The notes beneath the pieces are model-generated. The model did not search any database, was not told the origin of the DNA, and saw only the letters and a list, made by a program, of their open reading frames with translations. Below, piece after piece: positions 9,941 to 22,450 of a stretch of DNA of 64,000 nt. The stretch comes from Ruditapes philippinarum (taxonomy: Eukaryota), in the NCBI RefSeq assembly GCF_026571515.1, contig NW_026863691.1, forward strand, positions 434,001 through 498,000, given 5' to 3'. Each line of letters opens with the position of its first letter. The stretch's first letter is position 1. Position numbers and translations under genes: made by a program.

Positions 9941-12900
9941 ATGCCGATCGATGCAGGTATGTAATACACGTTCAGTTAAATTAGGTTTAATTAGTATTAT
10001 TGCACTTGTATATTGTTGAATGGCATCATTTTTTAACCCCAAAAAGTACTTTCGATTTCAAAATCGAAAGAAGATATAAGAAGTTGTAGATCTACTATCA
10101 TATTAGATGCTTCCATGCGATAAGTTGTGAAATAAAATATATGATAATAATTTTATTTACTCTATAGATATAAATAGAGATATTACCCAGGTTTGATATC
10201 TAATAAGCAAACTAATGTTGTTGTTTTTGTTTTTTTTCTAAATTATATTTTTTTAGAACTTTTCAACAATATTGACGAGATGATTATATAAACGTTATTA
10301 GGTTTTCCATATATGCTTTATATCTGCATTTTATTACAGAATTTTAATTCATTTCATATAAATTAAATTATTCACATTAAGTGTAATTAGATATATCAGG
10401 GGAGACAAATTCTATCTCAAATGTAAATGTATTTAAGTATACTATTTGAGGACATTTAAATAAGGTAACTTTATTTACAATAGATTTGTCGCGTAAATTA
10501 GTCTGAAATAGATATAGAAAATGGTGTTTGAAATACTCAAACTGTAGGATCTCAAAATATTATTATCATAATTATGATGTTATATTTAGAGACAGGACTG
10601 GTGACCTATATTGTCAACTATTATATATGCAATAAATACTTAAGCAGACGGACAAATACATGTATATAAAATGGTTTTGTTTGCTTAATAAATGTAAGGT
10701 TACTTTTAAGAAAAAAGTTTAACACTTTTTATTAAAATGCTGGCATTAAATTGTTATTATAAAAGAATACGTATACATATATATGATGTGTCCCAAACTT
10801 ATATTTCAAGAACAATCCTTCTTTTTTATAATTTTCTTAGCTTGATATAATGACTGTGCGTACGTGCGCCTCAAATTAAATTTTCAATGTTATTTTTGTC
10901 ATAGATGTTTGTTTATGTTTTCATTTTAAATTGAAAATCATTAAATAAATACAATGTAATAGATGTATTTTTATTCAGACAGTTTTCTGTACTTTTTAGC
11001 ACATGCGATTGTAGCTTCTAGGAATCCTGACATAAGCAGCAGTCCAGATGGATCAGATTCTTCCGAGTAAGTTTTGTTACCTGTCCATTGTACAAAACAA
11101 TAAAGCTAGACTTACTGTTGTTTTATTATTTTTTTTCTTGACGTATTGTCAGATGTAGAACATTTCCAAAACAAAAAAATTGAAAGGAATGTTTGTTGTT
11201 CATTTCTTTCGTTTTGGTTTTACGTTGGTATATCAAACATACCAACCAACCATCATTGCATGTTGCGTTTTTTTGGAACATCTTTCAAAACTGTAAATAA
11301 AGCCCTTGGTGGCGTACCTTATAGACAGGCTATATACATACATAATAAATAAACACGTATATGTGTATCAAGTTTTAATTGGAATGTAATGCATGTAGTC
11401 TACCTTATCCAATCAAACGTGCACCAAATAAATCTGTGTAAAGAGAAATGTTTTAAATATACCCCTTCCCTATGTTTGTTCGTATTTGTCTTTGTGCTAT
11501 TTTCCTCTTGTTAATGTTGATGTTGGTGTTTTTATTGTTTTAAAGAACAATAATGTAAGATTAAAATATTCAAAGAAAATATTACACCTGGATTAGCGGT
11601 ATGAATTCGGCTAATAAACAATATTTTCTTTGTGAATTACTGTCATAGATACATAGGTGCGGCAGAGTAGTGTTGTTGTCAAGGTAAATACTAAATGGAT
11701 AATACGAAAGTGGTACTTAAAATTAAGAAAGTATTTTTTAATGTCTGTTATTCAACTTACACTCAATTATTACTTGGCATTATTTAGAGGTTAATACTTG
11801 GTTGCTGCTCGCCATTATGCGATATTGGCCCGGAGATGTACATAATGGCCTGAGGATTCCTAACATATTGCCTTATATTAAGAAAACTTAAGAATACTCG
11901 TATTATATTGGCAAAAACTTTAGAAAGATGCAACACTTACACAACTTATGTAATGCAAGTCTAATTGAATATTAAAAGGTTATACAGTTGTTAATCTGAA
12001 TTGTTTGTTTTTTATAATGGCCAAAACTTAGCGTCTGTTTTATCTAGTTTCAGTTTATTGCTGTAAACTGATATTCAACCTTGGAAGAAGCTTAATATAT
12101 GTAACAAAGAGATTTGTCATAAGTCTATTGGTTTCGTTGTCTTCACCAATCATGTCATGCTGCAAGAGGTTAGACCATAAATATTTTTTGTTTGATGCAA
12201 AGAGTAAAGCGACTATTTTTACTGAATTCAAAATACATTTGATAAATATCATTGAAAATACTTTCTGTAATTTCATGCTAACATGTACCATCGGGAAAAG
12301 TTATACAATGGCATATGTCTATGAGAAGAAAACACACATTTCGTATATTGATGATATGATAGTTAGACATTTAAACAACAAAAATATGTCAACCCCTTCA
12401 GCATGTAAAAATCACACGTTAAATCGACACGCCGTTGCCATGGACTCCAATTATGTGTCTCTTGATTACCGGTCCAGTATGCTAACTACTACACCACAGC
12501 AGTCATTCCGTTTTCTTCTTAATGTAATTTTCCTATGTATAATTCATGACTTTCTTTCTTTAATTTATATATATACACCTCATATGATTTACTTTTATTT
12601 GTATGTTTCTATATAATGTCAACTCTAATATTACACTTTTGAAATATAGTGCGCCTAAGTGTAAGGCTGCGAAAATTTGTGCTCCTTAAATTTAATTTAT
12701 TGTGCTTTAACGAATAAGTAGATTTTGCTGGAAAATTGCATAGTGTCTTGTTAGTATATTAGAAATATTGTGTGTGAATAATCCTTGGATATTTCATTTC
12801 CTAATTGGATTCTGATATCAAACAATTGGATATATATATAGTTAGAAGACAATATTTTGTAAATATACATGTATGGTGATATAAATTTTAAACCTGGATA

Positions 12901-15900
12901 TAAAATAGACAACAATGTGCTTTATACGATACAATAGAGATCAATTGTTAAAACTAGCAAAACCACCCCGAAGGCAACATGGATTAAGTAATGATACCAT
13001 TCAAACTTTATAGGATTATAATCTTTTTCAATATAGAAATTCTAAAGGTGGACAAAATAATAAAAGAAGAGAATGGGATACAAATCAAGGCATTCACCTG
13101 AATAATCTGAAAACACTTAATCAAATTATACCTACAGTTGAATCAAACAGTAAATTACAGGGGGTCGAACATAAAACCAGGAGAAAGTTGATTAAGGAAA
13201 ATTTGATTCAAGTTAAACCAATTTCTAACACTACAGTCAGTGGTTCAAAATATATGTCAATATGTTTGATAAACTGCAGATCAGTTAAAAATAAAACGTT
13301 AGCCATCTATGACTTTATTATTTCCAATGACCTTGACATGTTGGTTATAACAGAGACCTGGCTTGGGAGTAAAGTAGACAAAGTGTGTCTTAGTGAACTT
13401 GTGCCTGACGGTTATAAAATCTCTCATGTTCCTAGATTAAAGAGAGAAGGTGGTGGTGTTGCCATTCTTCACAAGACCTCAATAAAAATCAAAATTGACT
13501 CGTCAAGTAAAGATGGAGACTTTGAACAATTCGAATTCATGGACTGTATCATTAGTGTTCGTGACTTTTCAACCCGCCTTGTTGTAATATATAGACCTCC
13601 TCCATCCAAAACGAATGGCCTAAGTACTTCAAAATTCTTGAACAATGAGTTTCCTGATTTTCTGTCGAAATATGCTGAAACTGACAAAACCACAGTGTTT
13701 CTAGGAGATACAAACTTTCACATTGATAAACTTGATAATCGTGATGCGCAGAATTTCTTATCCATCCTGAACACATTTGGATTAAAACAGTTAGTCAATG
13801 AACCGACACATGTAGCTGGACACATTTTAGATGTAGTCATAACAAGAGAAAATGAAAATGTAGTATCTGATATTAAAATAACTGATCCTGGATTTAAAAC
13901 TTCAAACGGAAAAGTAACACGTGACCATTTTGCTATCCTAATGAAAGTTAATGTTTCGAAACCACCACCTATTCGTAAAACAGTCACATACAGAAAATCT
14001 CGTGATATAAACATTGAAGATTTCAAAGCAGATATTAGATCATCTGAACTTTTTGGTCCTAAACCAGACAGCATGGCAGAAGCATCAGAGAAATATCACA
14101 CTGTCCTTTCATCTTTGTTAGACAAACATGCACCTGAGAAAACAAAAACAATTGTTCTCAGACCCCAATGCCCGTGGTTCAATCAAGAAATACATGACGA
14201 GAAACACATTAAACGTAAACTTGAAAGAAAATGGCAGGAATCAAAATTAACTGTAGATCATGAAATATACAGAAGTCAGTGCTTAGTTGTAAATGATGTA
14301 ATTGAAAGATCTCGTGAAACATATTACAAAGACAAAATAAAATCGTGTGGTAATGATCAAAAACAAATTTTCAAAGTAACAAATCATCTCCTCGGAAACA
14401 AACCTGAAGTTAAGCTCCCATCACACACTTCTGCTAAAGAACTAGCTCAAGATTTTAGTGATTTCTTTGAAAACAAAATTGAAAAAATCAGATCTGACAT
14501 AGCATCTAAAAATGAATGTAATATAACAAATGAATCTAATTCAACTCAAATACAAAAGCCTAAAGAAACATTCAGTGAATTTGAAGTTATTACAGAAGAG
14601 CAAGTTCTTAAGCTCATATCAAAGTCATCTACTAAATCATGTGAACTAGATCCGATACCGACTTGGCTCCTAAAAGAATGCAAACTTGAAGTATCACCAT
14701 ATCTAACGCACATGTTCAACTTATCATTTTACACCGTCGACGTACCTCCACGCAATAAGACTTTGATAATCAGACCACTATTAAAGAAAGACAATTTGGA
14801 TCAAGAAATTATGAAAAACTTTAGACCAGTTGCTAATGAAACATATGACTCAAAACTTCTAGAATCTGCGGCTGACTGTCAGTTTGATATGTTTCTCAAC
14901 ACTAACAATCTACATGAACCAAATCAATCTGCATACAGGAAATTTCATTCCACAGAAACTGCACTTATCAAAGTGCAAAATGACATTCTCCAATCTCTTG
15001 ACAAAGGCGAAGTTACAATATTAGTAATGCTCGATTTATCTGCTGCCTTTGACACGATTGACCACAACACTCTTCTTAATCGACTCGAATGTGACTTTGG
15101 TTTTACTGGAAAAGTGCTCGCTTGGTGTAGATCTTATCTCAGTGGTCGCTATCAGACTGTTTGTATTGATGGAGAACTATCTGACCCTGTGCATATGACA
15201 TACAGTGTCCCTCAGGGCTCTGTATTAGGACCAAAATTTTACATACTTTTCACAAAACCTGTTGGCGAAATTTGTCGAAAACATGGTCTGCAATGTCACT
15301 TCTATGCTGACGATTCTCAAATATACATTTCTTTCAAACCGTTGGACAACACCAAAACTGAACTTGTACTTGATTCTGTCTCAAACTGCTTAAAAGAAAT
15401 AACATTCTGGATGAACAGCAACATTCTCAAACTGAATTCAGACAAAACAGAACTTATAGTCTTTTCGTCGGGTAGCAATACAGACTCAGTGAAAAATATA
15501 ACTGTCAATGTGGACCAAGTTGAAATCAAACAGTCATCAAGTGTAAGGAATTTGGGTGCATTCCTTGATTCAAGGGTTAATATGGAACATCATGTTAGCT
15601 CCGTGTGCAGATCTTCGTATGCCCAAATAAGTAAGATAGGACGTATTCGAAAATATATCAACGAAGAAGCTACAAAAACACTCGTTAACTCTCTCGTGAC
15701 ATCAAGACTGGATTATTGCAATGCTCTTCTATATGGTATACCTCAACAAACCATGAAAAAACTTCAACTTGTTCAAAATACTTCAGCCCGTGTGATTAAA
15801 CGTACATCTAGGAAAGATCATATTACACCAGTGATGAAAGATCTTCATTGGCTGCCAATCGAATATAGAGTGAATTACAAGATCTTATTACATACTTTCA

Positions 15901-18900
15901 AGTCACTGAAACAACAATCTCCATCATATATGCAGGAAATGATTCAAGTTTATTCCACTTCCCGAAATCTGCGCTCTTCAAATGCACCTGTACGATTAGT
16001 GCAACCAAAACCTAAACTGAAATTTGGTGAAAGGAGTTTTTCGGCATCAGCTCCTAAGCTATGGAATTCACTACCAAGTCATCTAAAAAACTGTAACACA
16101 GTAGAAAGTTTCAAAAAACATCTTAAAACACACTACTTCAATTTAGCTTATGAAAAATAATCAGTGACTGTTATGAATGAATTTTATAAACAGTGAATAC
16201 GAAGTATCTGTTATTTGAATATTAGTTTTATTAAAAAGTTTTATTTTTTTTTTTTTAAACAAACAATTTTTTAAATCAATTTAGTATTTCTATTGTTTTA
16301 TAATGATGATTTAGCAAGATCTTATCTATTATTATATATTGAAGACAATTTTAATGTATGACAATAATATTGTAAAGTGAGTTTTAAGGATCTTTAAGTT
16401 ATATTGTATTAATATGTAAAAATAATTCCATAATTTATACTTTTAATTAGTTAATGCAAAATATTTTTAATGTTCATAATCCTGTTCATTTATATTGTTT
16501 TAGACATATATGATTGATGTAAAGCGCCTTTGAACATTTTAATGAAAAGGGCGCTATATAAATGTGGTATTTATTATTTATTATTATATTATTATTGAAA
16601 ATGAATAAAAAGAAAAACGGTATTCTTTGGTAACATGCATCTATCACCTTGCACGTTCATGTTAGCTTTCTGTTTCTGTTTTATTAAATTGAACTTTGTA
16701 ATGCATTTGAAATATTTGGAAAATGCAATTTGTAAACTAGAAGAACCTGAAAAATATATAATGACTGAAAGCATTTTTAATGTAACATTCTGTAACACCT
16801 ATAACATTGTTAAATTAAAGATATTTTAACACAAGCCCTTCCCTTGCACCAAGTAATAAGTTAATACTTTACGTTTATATTATAACATCCTTCAAATTCG
16901 TCATCAACTATGCAAAATTATTTGTAGTTCATGAAACGTATATTGCATAGTTTATTAAATATACTGGGAACACATTTATATCACGTTGATTTTTTAAAAA
17001 AAAATATAAAGTCTTACTTTTACAAATTATGATATCGATCCAGGAAATGCTCATAACATTGAATAGTATTAAATTAAGATGAAGTCATTCAGCCTTTCAA
17101 ACGTACTCTAATTCTATTTTTTTTAGAGAAAATCATGAGCCAAAAGCCGAGGCATTATGTGGATCTTGCTATAAATACAAGGTGAGTTAATAGCTTCATG
17201 TTTTGTTATCGTTGTTGTTTATTTTTTCTTTTCTTTTTTAAAGTGTTCTATCATAATGAGGCGTTAGATCCGTTTTTTTACATCATTGATTTTTGTGAAG
17301 GTTGTTTTCATATTTTGTGAAAAAGGTAATACGTACTTGTTTGTGTTTCAGAAAACTATTGAAAGTTTGCAGTTGGAAAATGACAACATCCTGAAAGAAA
17401 ATGAAAGACTTAAAAAGCAAAACCGTGATTTGAGAAACCAAAATGCTGAAATAATGGAAAGGTAACCTTATTTTGTGGATACGTCTTAATCTTAAAATTA
17501 AGAATTCATTTCTTTGTTTAGAGTTTCAATTAAAGATTTGATAGAACGTTCAATATGACACTTTCATAAAGAAGTTTCCCAAGTAAATATTCAATAGTTC
17601 AACAGTTTTAAAACATTTTAATTGTAAGCCTATTTTTTCTGATGCAAACAAAGATCTGAGGAACTAACGTGCTCAATGGCAAGTGTTTTGGAGACCTCGG
17701 GAGCTCTTGAAAACGTCAACGATGAATACTCTAATACCAAATTAGCAAAGTTGTTTGAAAAGCTTTATGACAATCAATGGGTAAAACTATCTGAATGGTT
17801 GGAAGAGAACAATTCCGATCTATCAGAATTAGAGAGAGTAAAAGCTCTTTCGACTCTGATGAAGGTATTTCATACAACTTTTAATACAATAAGTATATAA
17901 TTGTTCTTGCTTTTAAAATCAAATGTTAGAAAAAAAAGGTTTTCTTAGAAAAAAAATTACCAACAATGGATATTTATGTAAAATAAAACTCTTTGAAGAT
18001 TTTTTTTATACTGCTAAATTTTCATTCATTTTATGCAAAACAATCATCAGTTCATCTCATAATTTCGCTATTTGAGCATTTTAAATAGTTCACACCTGAA
18101 TGTTAGTTAATTTTTCGGTTGCACAAAAATGAATTATCTGGGACTGCCCAACATTATATATCGTAAGAAAAGGAACTTGCACATGCTGCCATTTTGTTTT
18201 GCTAATCATTGTGAATGGGGGGTATATTTTGTCTGTAATAAATAATGTAAATAAGTCTCAGATTTATGTTATTTTCTGGATTAGCACATACCTGATCATA
18301 TTTAATTCTGCAGGATGCCTATGAAGAATGTTTGAAACTAGCGGACGATCAAATACGAAGGTTTCTTTTTCTGGAAAGTGGTGAAGAGCTTCCATCGCCA
18401 AACGATGTAGGTTGTCTTTTTCCTCACTCACTCCTGGACTTCAGATTGTCTCTGTATTACAAGAAAACACCATATACTTCGTTATCAATATCGTTTCCAT
18501 TTCAACTTTGTTTAAAATAAAATTATCTACACCTTGTCCTTGTTAAAATCCTTTACAAAACTCTTCTTCTTTCCTGTCAGTGACCCAGTTTCTATGGCCA
18601 ATAAGTTCAAGTAACTTTTATGTCCATGATGTCGCAAATGTGTGTGGTTTTGTCTTCAAAAAATGAGATTATGTTCCGTCCAAATTCAATTCTGTTTTCA
18701 AAATCAGCTGGAATACCTGGTGTTTTTTTTATCTCCTATTGAATTTCATTTTTTAGTAAGATCAATTAACTAGAACATCTTTTTTGAATATAGATATTCA
18801 GGGTTATTATTATGGAAGGTAGGGTTTCTGGCGCATTTCAGAGAACACGTAAATTTAGCCCGCAGTCGTTGCTCTAGTTCCAATTGATTTATGACAATAG

Positions 18901-19879
18901 GTTACCTTTATGTCACATATTTGATTAAGTTATTTCGTGTTTCATTATTCTTATTTCAGTAACTATTTGGCATAGGAGACGATTACTTTTTAAAATTATT
19001 ATCTGATGTTTAGCATTTCAAAAATATTTAACAGATTGCAACTTAAGCAAATTATATTGATAAGTTGAGACACTAAGTAACGATCAATACATTGTTTTAA
19101 TCCTTTTCTTTTTCTTCTCGCCAGGAGGTTACATTATTTAAAATTAGAAGAGCCAATGGCCGGATGGACAACATTAGAAAATCAGTTATTAAGGTAAATC
19201 CAATATTACCAATGTGTTAATCTTTATAATAGTCTGTACAATCTCATCTTGCATTGCAACATTTTCACTTTACTTTCCTGAATTACAGTTAATGAGAATT
19301 TTAGATTAAATATGACTGCTAAATATATGACTGCCAAAATATTTTCTTACATAACATTATTCTGATGTTAAATGTTAAACTACTTAAACTATTTTTAAAT
19401 GAACAAAATAGGAGATGTTCATGCATGTTGAATTCGATTATGTTAATAGTGATATAAAAATTCAATAAGTTTATGTCGAAAACTTTGATTATTTTATTTT
19501 CATTCCGTTTCAGAAAATATTATGTAGTGTGCTTAATGAGGAGAAAACTCACTTGTTGTTGCCAGTAGAAAACAAGAAAGAAGCAGAACAGTTATTAAAG
19601 GAATTCTTTCATGAATATATAGATATTTGTTGGTTAATGCTGATATCTAATCCTAGATTACTGCTTGAGTTTAAAGTAATTGGCAAGGCATATAACGGTG
19701 TCATAAAAGAACATTTTAAACAGTATTCTACACAAGAAAGTGTGGAAAGTTCTAACATTGAAAAGGACTGTATATACGAAGTGGTTTGGCCATGCGTTAT
19801 TCTAGAGGATAGATCTGGAGTTTTTACCAAAGGTGATGTAATAACTGTTGATGTTTGCACAATGTCGGACGGAGACTAA
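9941..19879 (+). CDS. Mieap (SPATA18-type) domain protein, tandem paralog 1, 328 aa: CxxC - coiled coil - Mieap-like C-terminal domain
   Basis: Exons 9941-9956, 11000-11066 (in-frame alternative acceptor at 11015), 17127-17181, 17352-17461, 17654-17864, 18314-18406, 19125-19193 and 19514-19879 total 987 nt in one open frame. Motifs NTKLAKLFEKLYDNQW, ICWLMLISNP and EVVWP..KGDV match invertebrate Mieap-domain proteins. Exons 1-2 were inferred from phase and size matches with the paralogs. AATAAA at ~20263. Confidence 0.8.
11790..16596 (+). mobile_element. Non-LTR retrotransposon (LINE, CR1/L2 group such as CR1-Zenon-like), near full length, in intron 2 of paralog 1
   Basis: Contains an APE-RT ORF. 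The 3' end has a stem-loop (gcgcctttgaacattttaatgaaaagggcgc), then tatataaat and a (TAT/TTA)n tail to ~16596. The 5' boundary is uncertain and no TSD was found. Confidence 0.85.
13188..16160 (+). CDS. LINE ORF: apurinic endonuclease + reverse transcriptase
   Basis: APE motifs INCRSV, ITETWL, GGGVAI, IYRPP, LGDTNFH, HILDVVIT, DHFAI. RT motifs NFRPVAN, QSAYRKFHSTETAL, LDLSAAFDTIDH, VPQGSVLGP, YADD, NLGAFLD, plus the C-terminal SRLDYCN..HITP..LHWLP. The frame extends upstream to ATG 12915 through one TAG (13011-13013). The first ATG after that stop is at 13254. Confidence 0.95.
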   Translation: MIKENLIQVKPISNTTVSGSKYMSICLINCRSVKNKTLAIYDFIISNDLDMLVITETWLGSKVDKVCLSELVPDGYKISHVPRLKREGGGVAILHKTSIKIKIDSSSKDGDFEQFEFMDCIISVRDFSTRLVVIYRPPPSKTNGLSTSKFLNNEFPDFLSKYAETDKTTVFLGDTNFHIDKLDNRDAQNFLSILNTFGLKQLVNEPTHVAGHILDVVITRENENVVSDIKITDPGFKTSNGKVTRDHFAILMKVNVSKPPPIRKTVTYRKSRDINIEDFKADIRSSELFGPKPDSMAEASEKYHTVLSSLLDKHAPEKTKTIVLRPQCPWFNQEIHDEKHIKRKLERKWQESKLTVDHEIYRSQCLVVNDVIERSRETYYKDKIKSCGNDQKQIFKVTNHLLGNKPEVKLPSHTSAKELAQDFSDFFENKIEKIRSDIASKNECNITNESNSTQIQKPKETFSEFEVITEEQVLKLISKSSTKSCELDPIPTWLLKECKLEVSPYLTHMFNLSFYTVDVPPRNKTLIIRPLLKKDNLDQEIMKNFRPVANETYDSKLLESAADCQFDMFLNTNNLHEPNQSAYRKFHSTETALIKVQNDILQSLDKGEVTILVMLDLSAAFDTIDHNTLLNRLECDFGFTGKVLAWCRSYLSGRYQTVCIDGELSDPVHMTYSVPQGSVLGPKFYILFTKPVGEICRKHGLQCHFYADDSQIYISFKPLDNTKTELVLDSVSNCLKEITFWMNSNILKLNSDKTELIVFSSGSNTDSVKNITVNVDQVEIKQSSSVRNLGAFLDSRVNMEHHVSSVCRSSYAQISKIGRIRKYINEEATKTLVNSLVTSRLDYCNALLYGIPQQTMKKLQLVQNTSARVIKRTSRKDHITPVMKDLHWLPIEYRVNYKILLHTFKSLKQQSPSYMQEMIQVYSTSRNLRSSNAPVRLVQPKPKLKFGERSFSASAPKLWNSLPSHLKNCNTVESFKKHLKTHYFNLAYEK

Positions 19880-20460
19880 CATTTGAAAATAAATAGATTG
19901 ACAGGGTTGCGTTGTAAAAAAGTCAGACAGTAAATTGCTCATTGGCGGATTTGATTAATTTGTTTGATCTGTTAGTTTACCGATAACATTTTGGCTCTTG
20001 TTGTCATTTTTAGTCTTATTGACTTCAATCCTCAATAATGTTGCTATGTCATGTCAATTAAAACTAAAGGTTTTATAGTAAAATACTAGTAGATATTTGA
20101 TAATTACATACTTAAAAAAGGCATATACTACAGTATGCGTATAGTATGACATCGTTACACAATTCCGATTATAATTCGATCGAAATGAAAAAAAAAACAA
20201 AGCAAATTGTATTAAGATGTTTTCTATATTAATTTGCATAACGCTGTATTATGTAAGTCTGAAATAAAATGTATGTTGTAGATTTGTTATCTGGTTTTGC
20301 TAAATAATTGATCAACGCGATAATAACCGATTAAATGAGCAAGGTAGCACATATCAATACAAAATAATAGTTGTTAATTTCATTTCATATCAGCGAGCAC
20401 TAATGAATTAAAGGTACAAATGTATCACAATTATTGTTGTCTTTTCAATGTATCCATATT

Positions 20461-20715
20461 TAGGGGCATCCATGACAGGATGGTTAAGGTCATTGACTTC
20501 AAATCACTTGCTTTTCACCGCTGTAGGCTCGAATATCACAAGGAATTGGATGTTTTCACATGAGGAAGCTATTCAGCTAGCTAAGGAAATGTCGGTGGTT
20601 CTACTCAAGTGCCTGTTCGTGCCGGAAATAATAATTCAACGACAAGCACATAAGTGTTCCTCCTATAAAGTCGCCATGTGACATTTACTTTGTTAATGAG
20701 ACGTTAACCCTAACC
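20461..20715 (+). mobile_element. tRNA-derived SINE (probably V-domain type)
   Basis: Has a tRNA-like head (A box ggatggttaagg, B-box-like gctcgaat), the core gaggaagctattcagctag...ggtggttctactcaagtgcc, and a LINE-like tail. Related copies occur elsewhere in the window. Confidence 0.7.
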
Positions 20716-22119
20716 TAAAATACAGTGTGCATGTATCAATATATAAATCAGAACAAACAGAAGTCGAAAAAAAATTTAAAACTGACAGGCAATACAGGTG
20801 ATACAGACAATTGAAGAAACACAGGGAGGCACCGCCATTGTCTAGCAGAATTTATGTAGTTTAAGGATGTCAGCTACATGGCGTTAACGATTAGTAAATA
20901 CAGTACAAGTGATGTAAAGTACTTGAATATGATGGGTTTGAGTTTAGAAATCGTTAAACAGAAAAAAGCGTTTTGTTACTTCTAAGTCGAAAATTATTTA
21001 ATTCAACCCAGGGGTCGTAAGCTTGACTCCTTCAAACCGCACGGCGATCTTACTTCTCATGACACAGGAGGAGCTTTTTTAGCATTGTATCACTTTCTGA
21101 TTGTATCACCATCAGATCAAAATAGGTTAACAGAACGCAACGCAAGTACATTTAAAATTCTATGCATAGCTCATAATGTTTGCATATATGTTTTACATTA
21201 AATATCAAGAATCAAAATAACTTAAAATAATTGGATATTGTGAGCACACTATGGCATTGTAGGAGCTGCAATAATCATAAGCAATTAAGTTAGTTCATCT
21301 GCATTTTGTGTGTGAGTAAGCAACTACTGTAAAATCTGCATATCTATCTTTACTATTATAATTTATATCAACTTATAAAATTAGTCGTGTTTTGTGGTAG
21401 AAAATAAGCAACAATATATCATAATTATATCATGAGTAGAAATATATTGGAAGACTTCTGCTCTTAAAAAATATCACGAGTTTTGACCAGAAAAAAAACT
21501 AGTACAACAGTGTAAATTTAGTACATGTTTATTGAAAAACGTTGAAGACTAATGAATATAAACAAATTTTATCAACATGTATATTTCATATTCCCAGAAA
21601 ACACAAATGTGAGTTCGACTTATTCCATCATGGTCCAGGAACGCATACTGGTATTGACTGATTCTACTAAGTCTTACAGAAACATTGGCAAATTATGTAA
21701 ACAATAAACGTTTTAATCATAACAGTAAGATGTTGTTACAAATTAAGTAAATGATACATTTATTGGTGCCTTTACCTTGAACTGTTTCATGTTGGCCGAA
21801 TCTTTATTTTTTTGTGGAAGTTTATTCAACATAGCACAACCATTGAAAATCATTTCACTTTGGATGTTCTGAAAGCCAAGATTTGACAATTCATTCGTGT
21901 AAAAAGGGGCATAACCTAAATGTATTTTAAAAACAGGAGTAAGAGTTATTTGTTCAATCTTAATCGGTAATCAATTTAATAAACTATTAATTAATGTGAT
22001 GTCTTTGATCAAGTTTGAGAAAAAAAAACGACAAACTTGTCAGCGCTTTATGGTGAACTTGGTCGTTATTCGTTACATATTACTAGAAACTTAGCATGAT
22101 AAGGTATTGGTCACAAATA

Positions 22120-22450
22120 CTTAAACGATGCGTCCCTTGTAAATCAAACGTATCTGATTCTTTAAATAGAGAAAACAAGAATTCCTTAAGAAAGTCCATA
22201 ACGACAAAATTGAAAATTTTGCAGGCTCGGTTTGATTGGGCCTGTTCATGGACGGTACTGGAAAGTGCAAGATACCGTCTACGCCACCAGGCACCGACTT
22301 AAGCAGAATTCAACATTTAAACATGGTGATGGTGAAATTTTGAATTTAGAAACATTCGCAAGTTTGTTCATACGGCGCTTATCATGGAACCCTTTAATTG
22401 GACTCATGAGTGCCATTCCATGAAAAGCGGCGCATGGCCCTTTTCATACA
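22120..22450. repeat. Interspersed repeat homologous to 1550-2760
   Basis: Shares direct and inverted matches with the 1550-2760 region, as listed for that feature. Confidence 0.6.

Noticed and set aside
12128-12616. 162-aa ORF upstream of the LINE RT ORF as a possible ORF1
   Set aside because: It has a non-ATG start and no PHD, RRM, zinc-knuckle or esterase motifs. It is more likely 5' UTR or decayed sequence.
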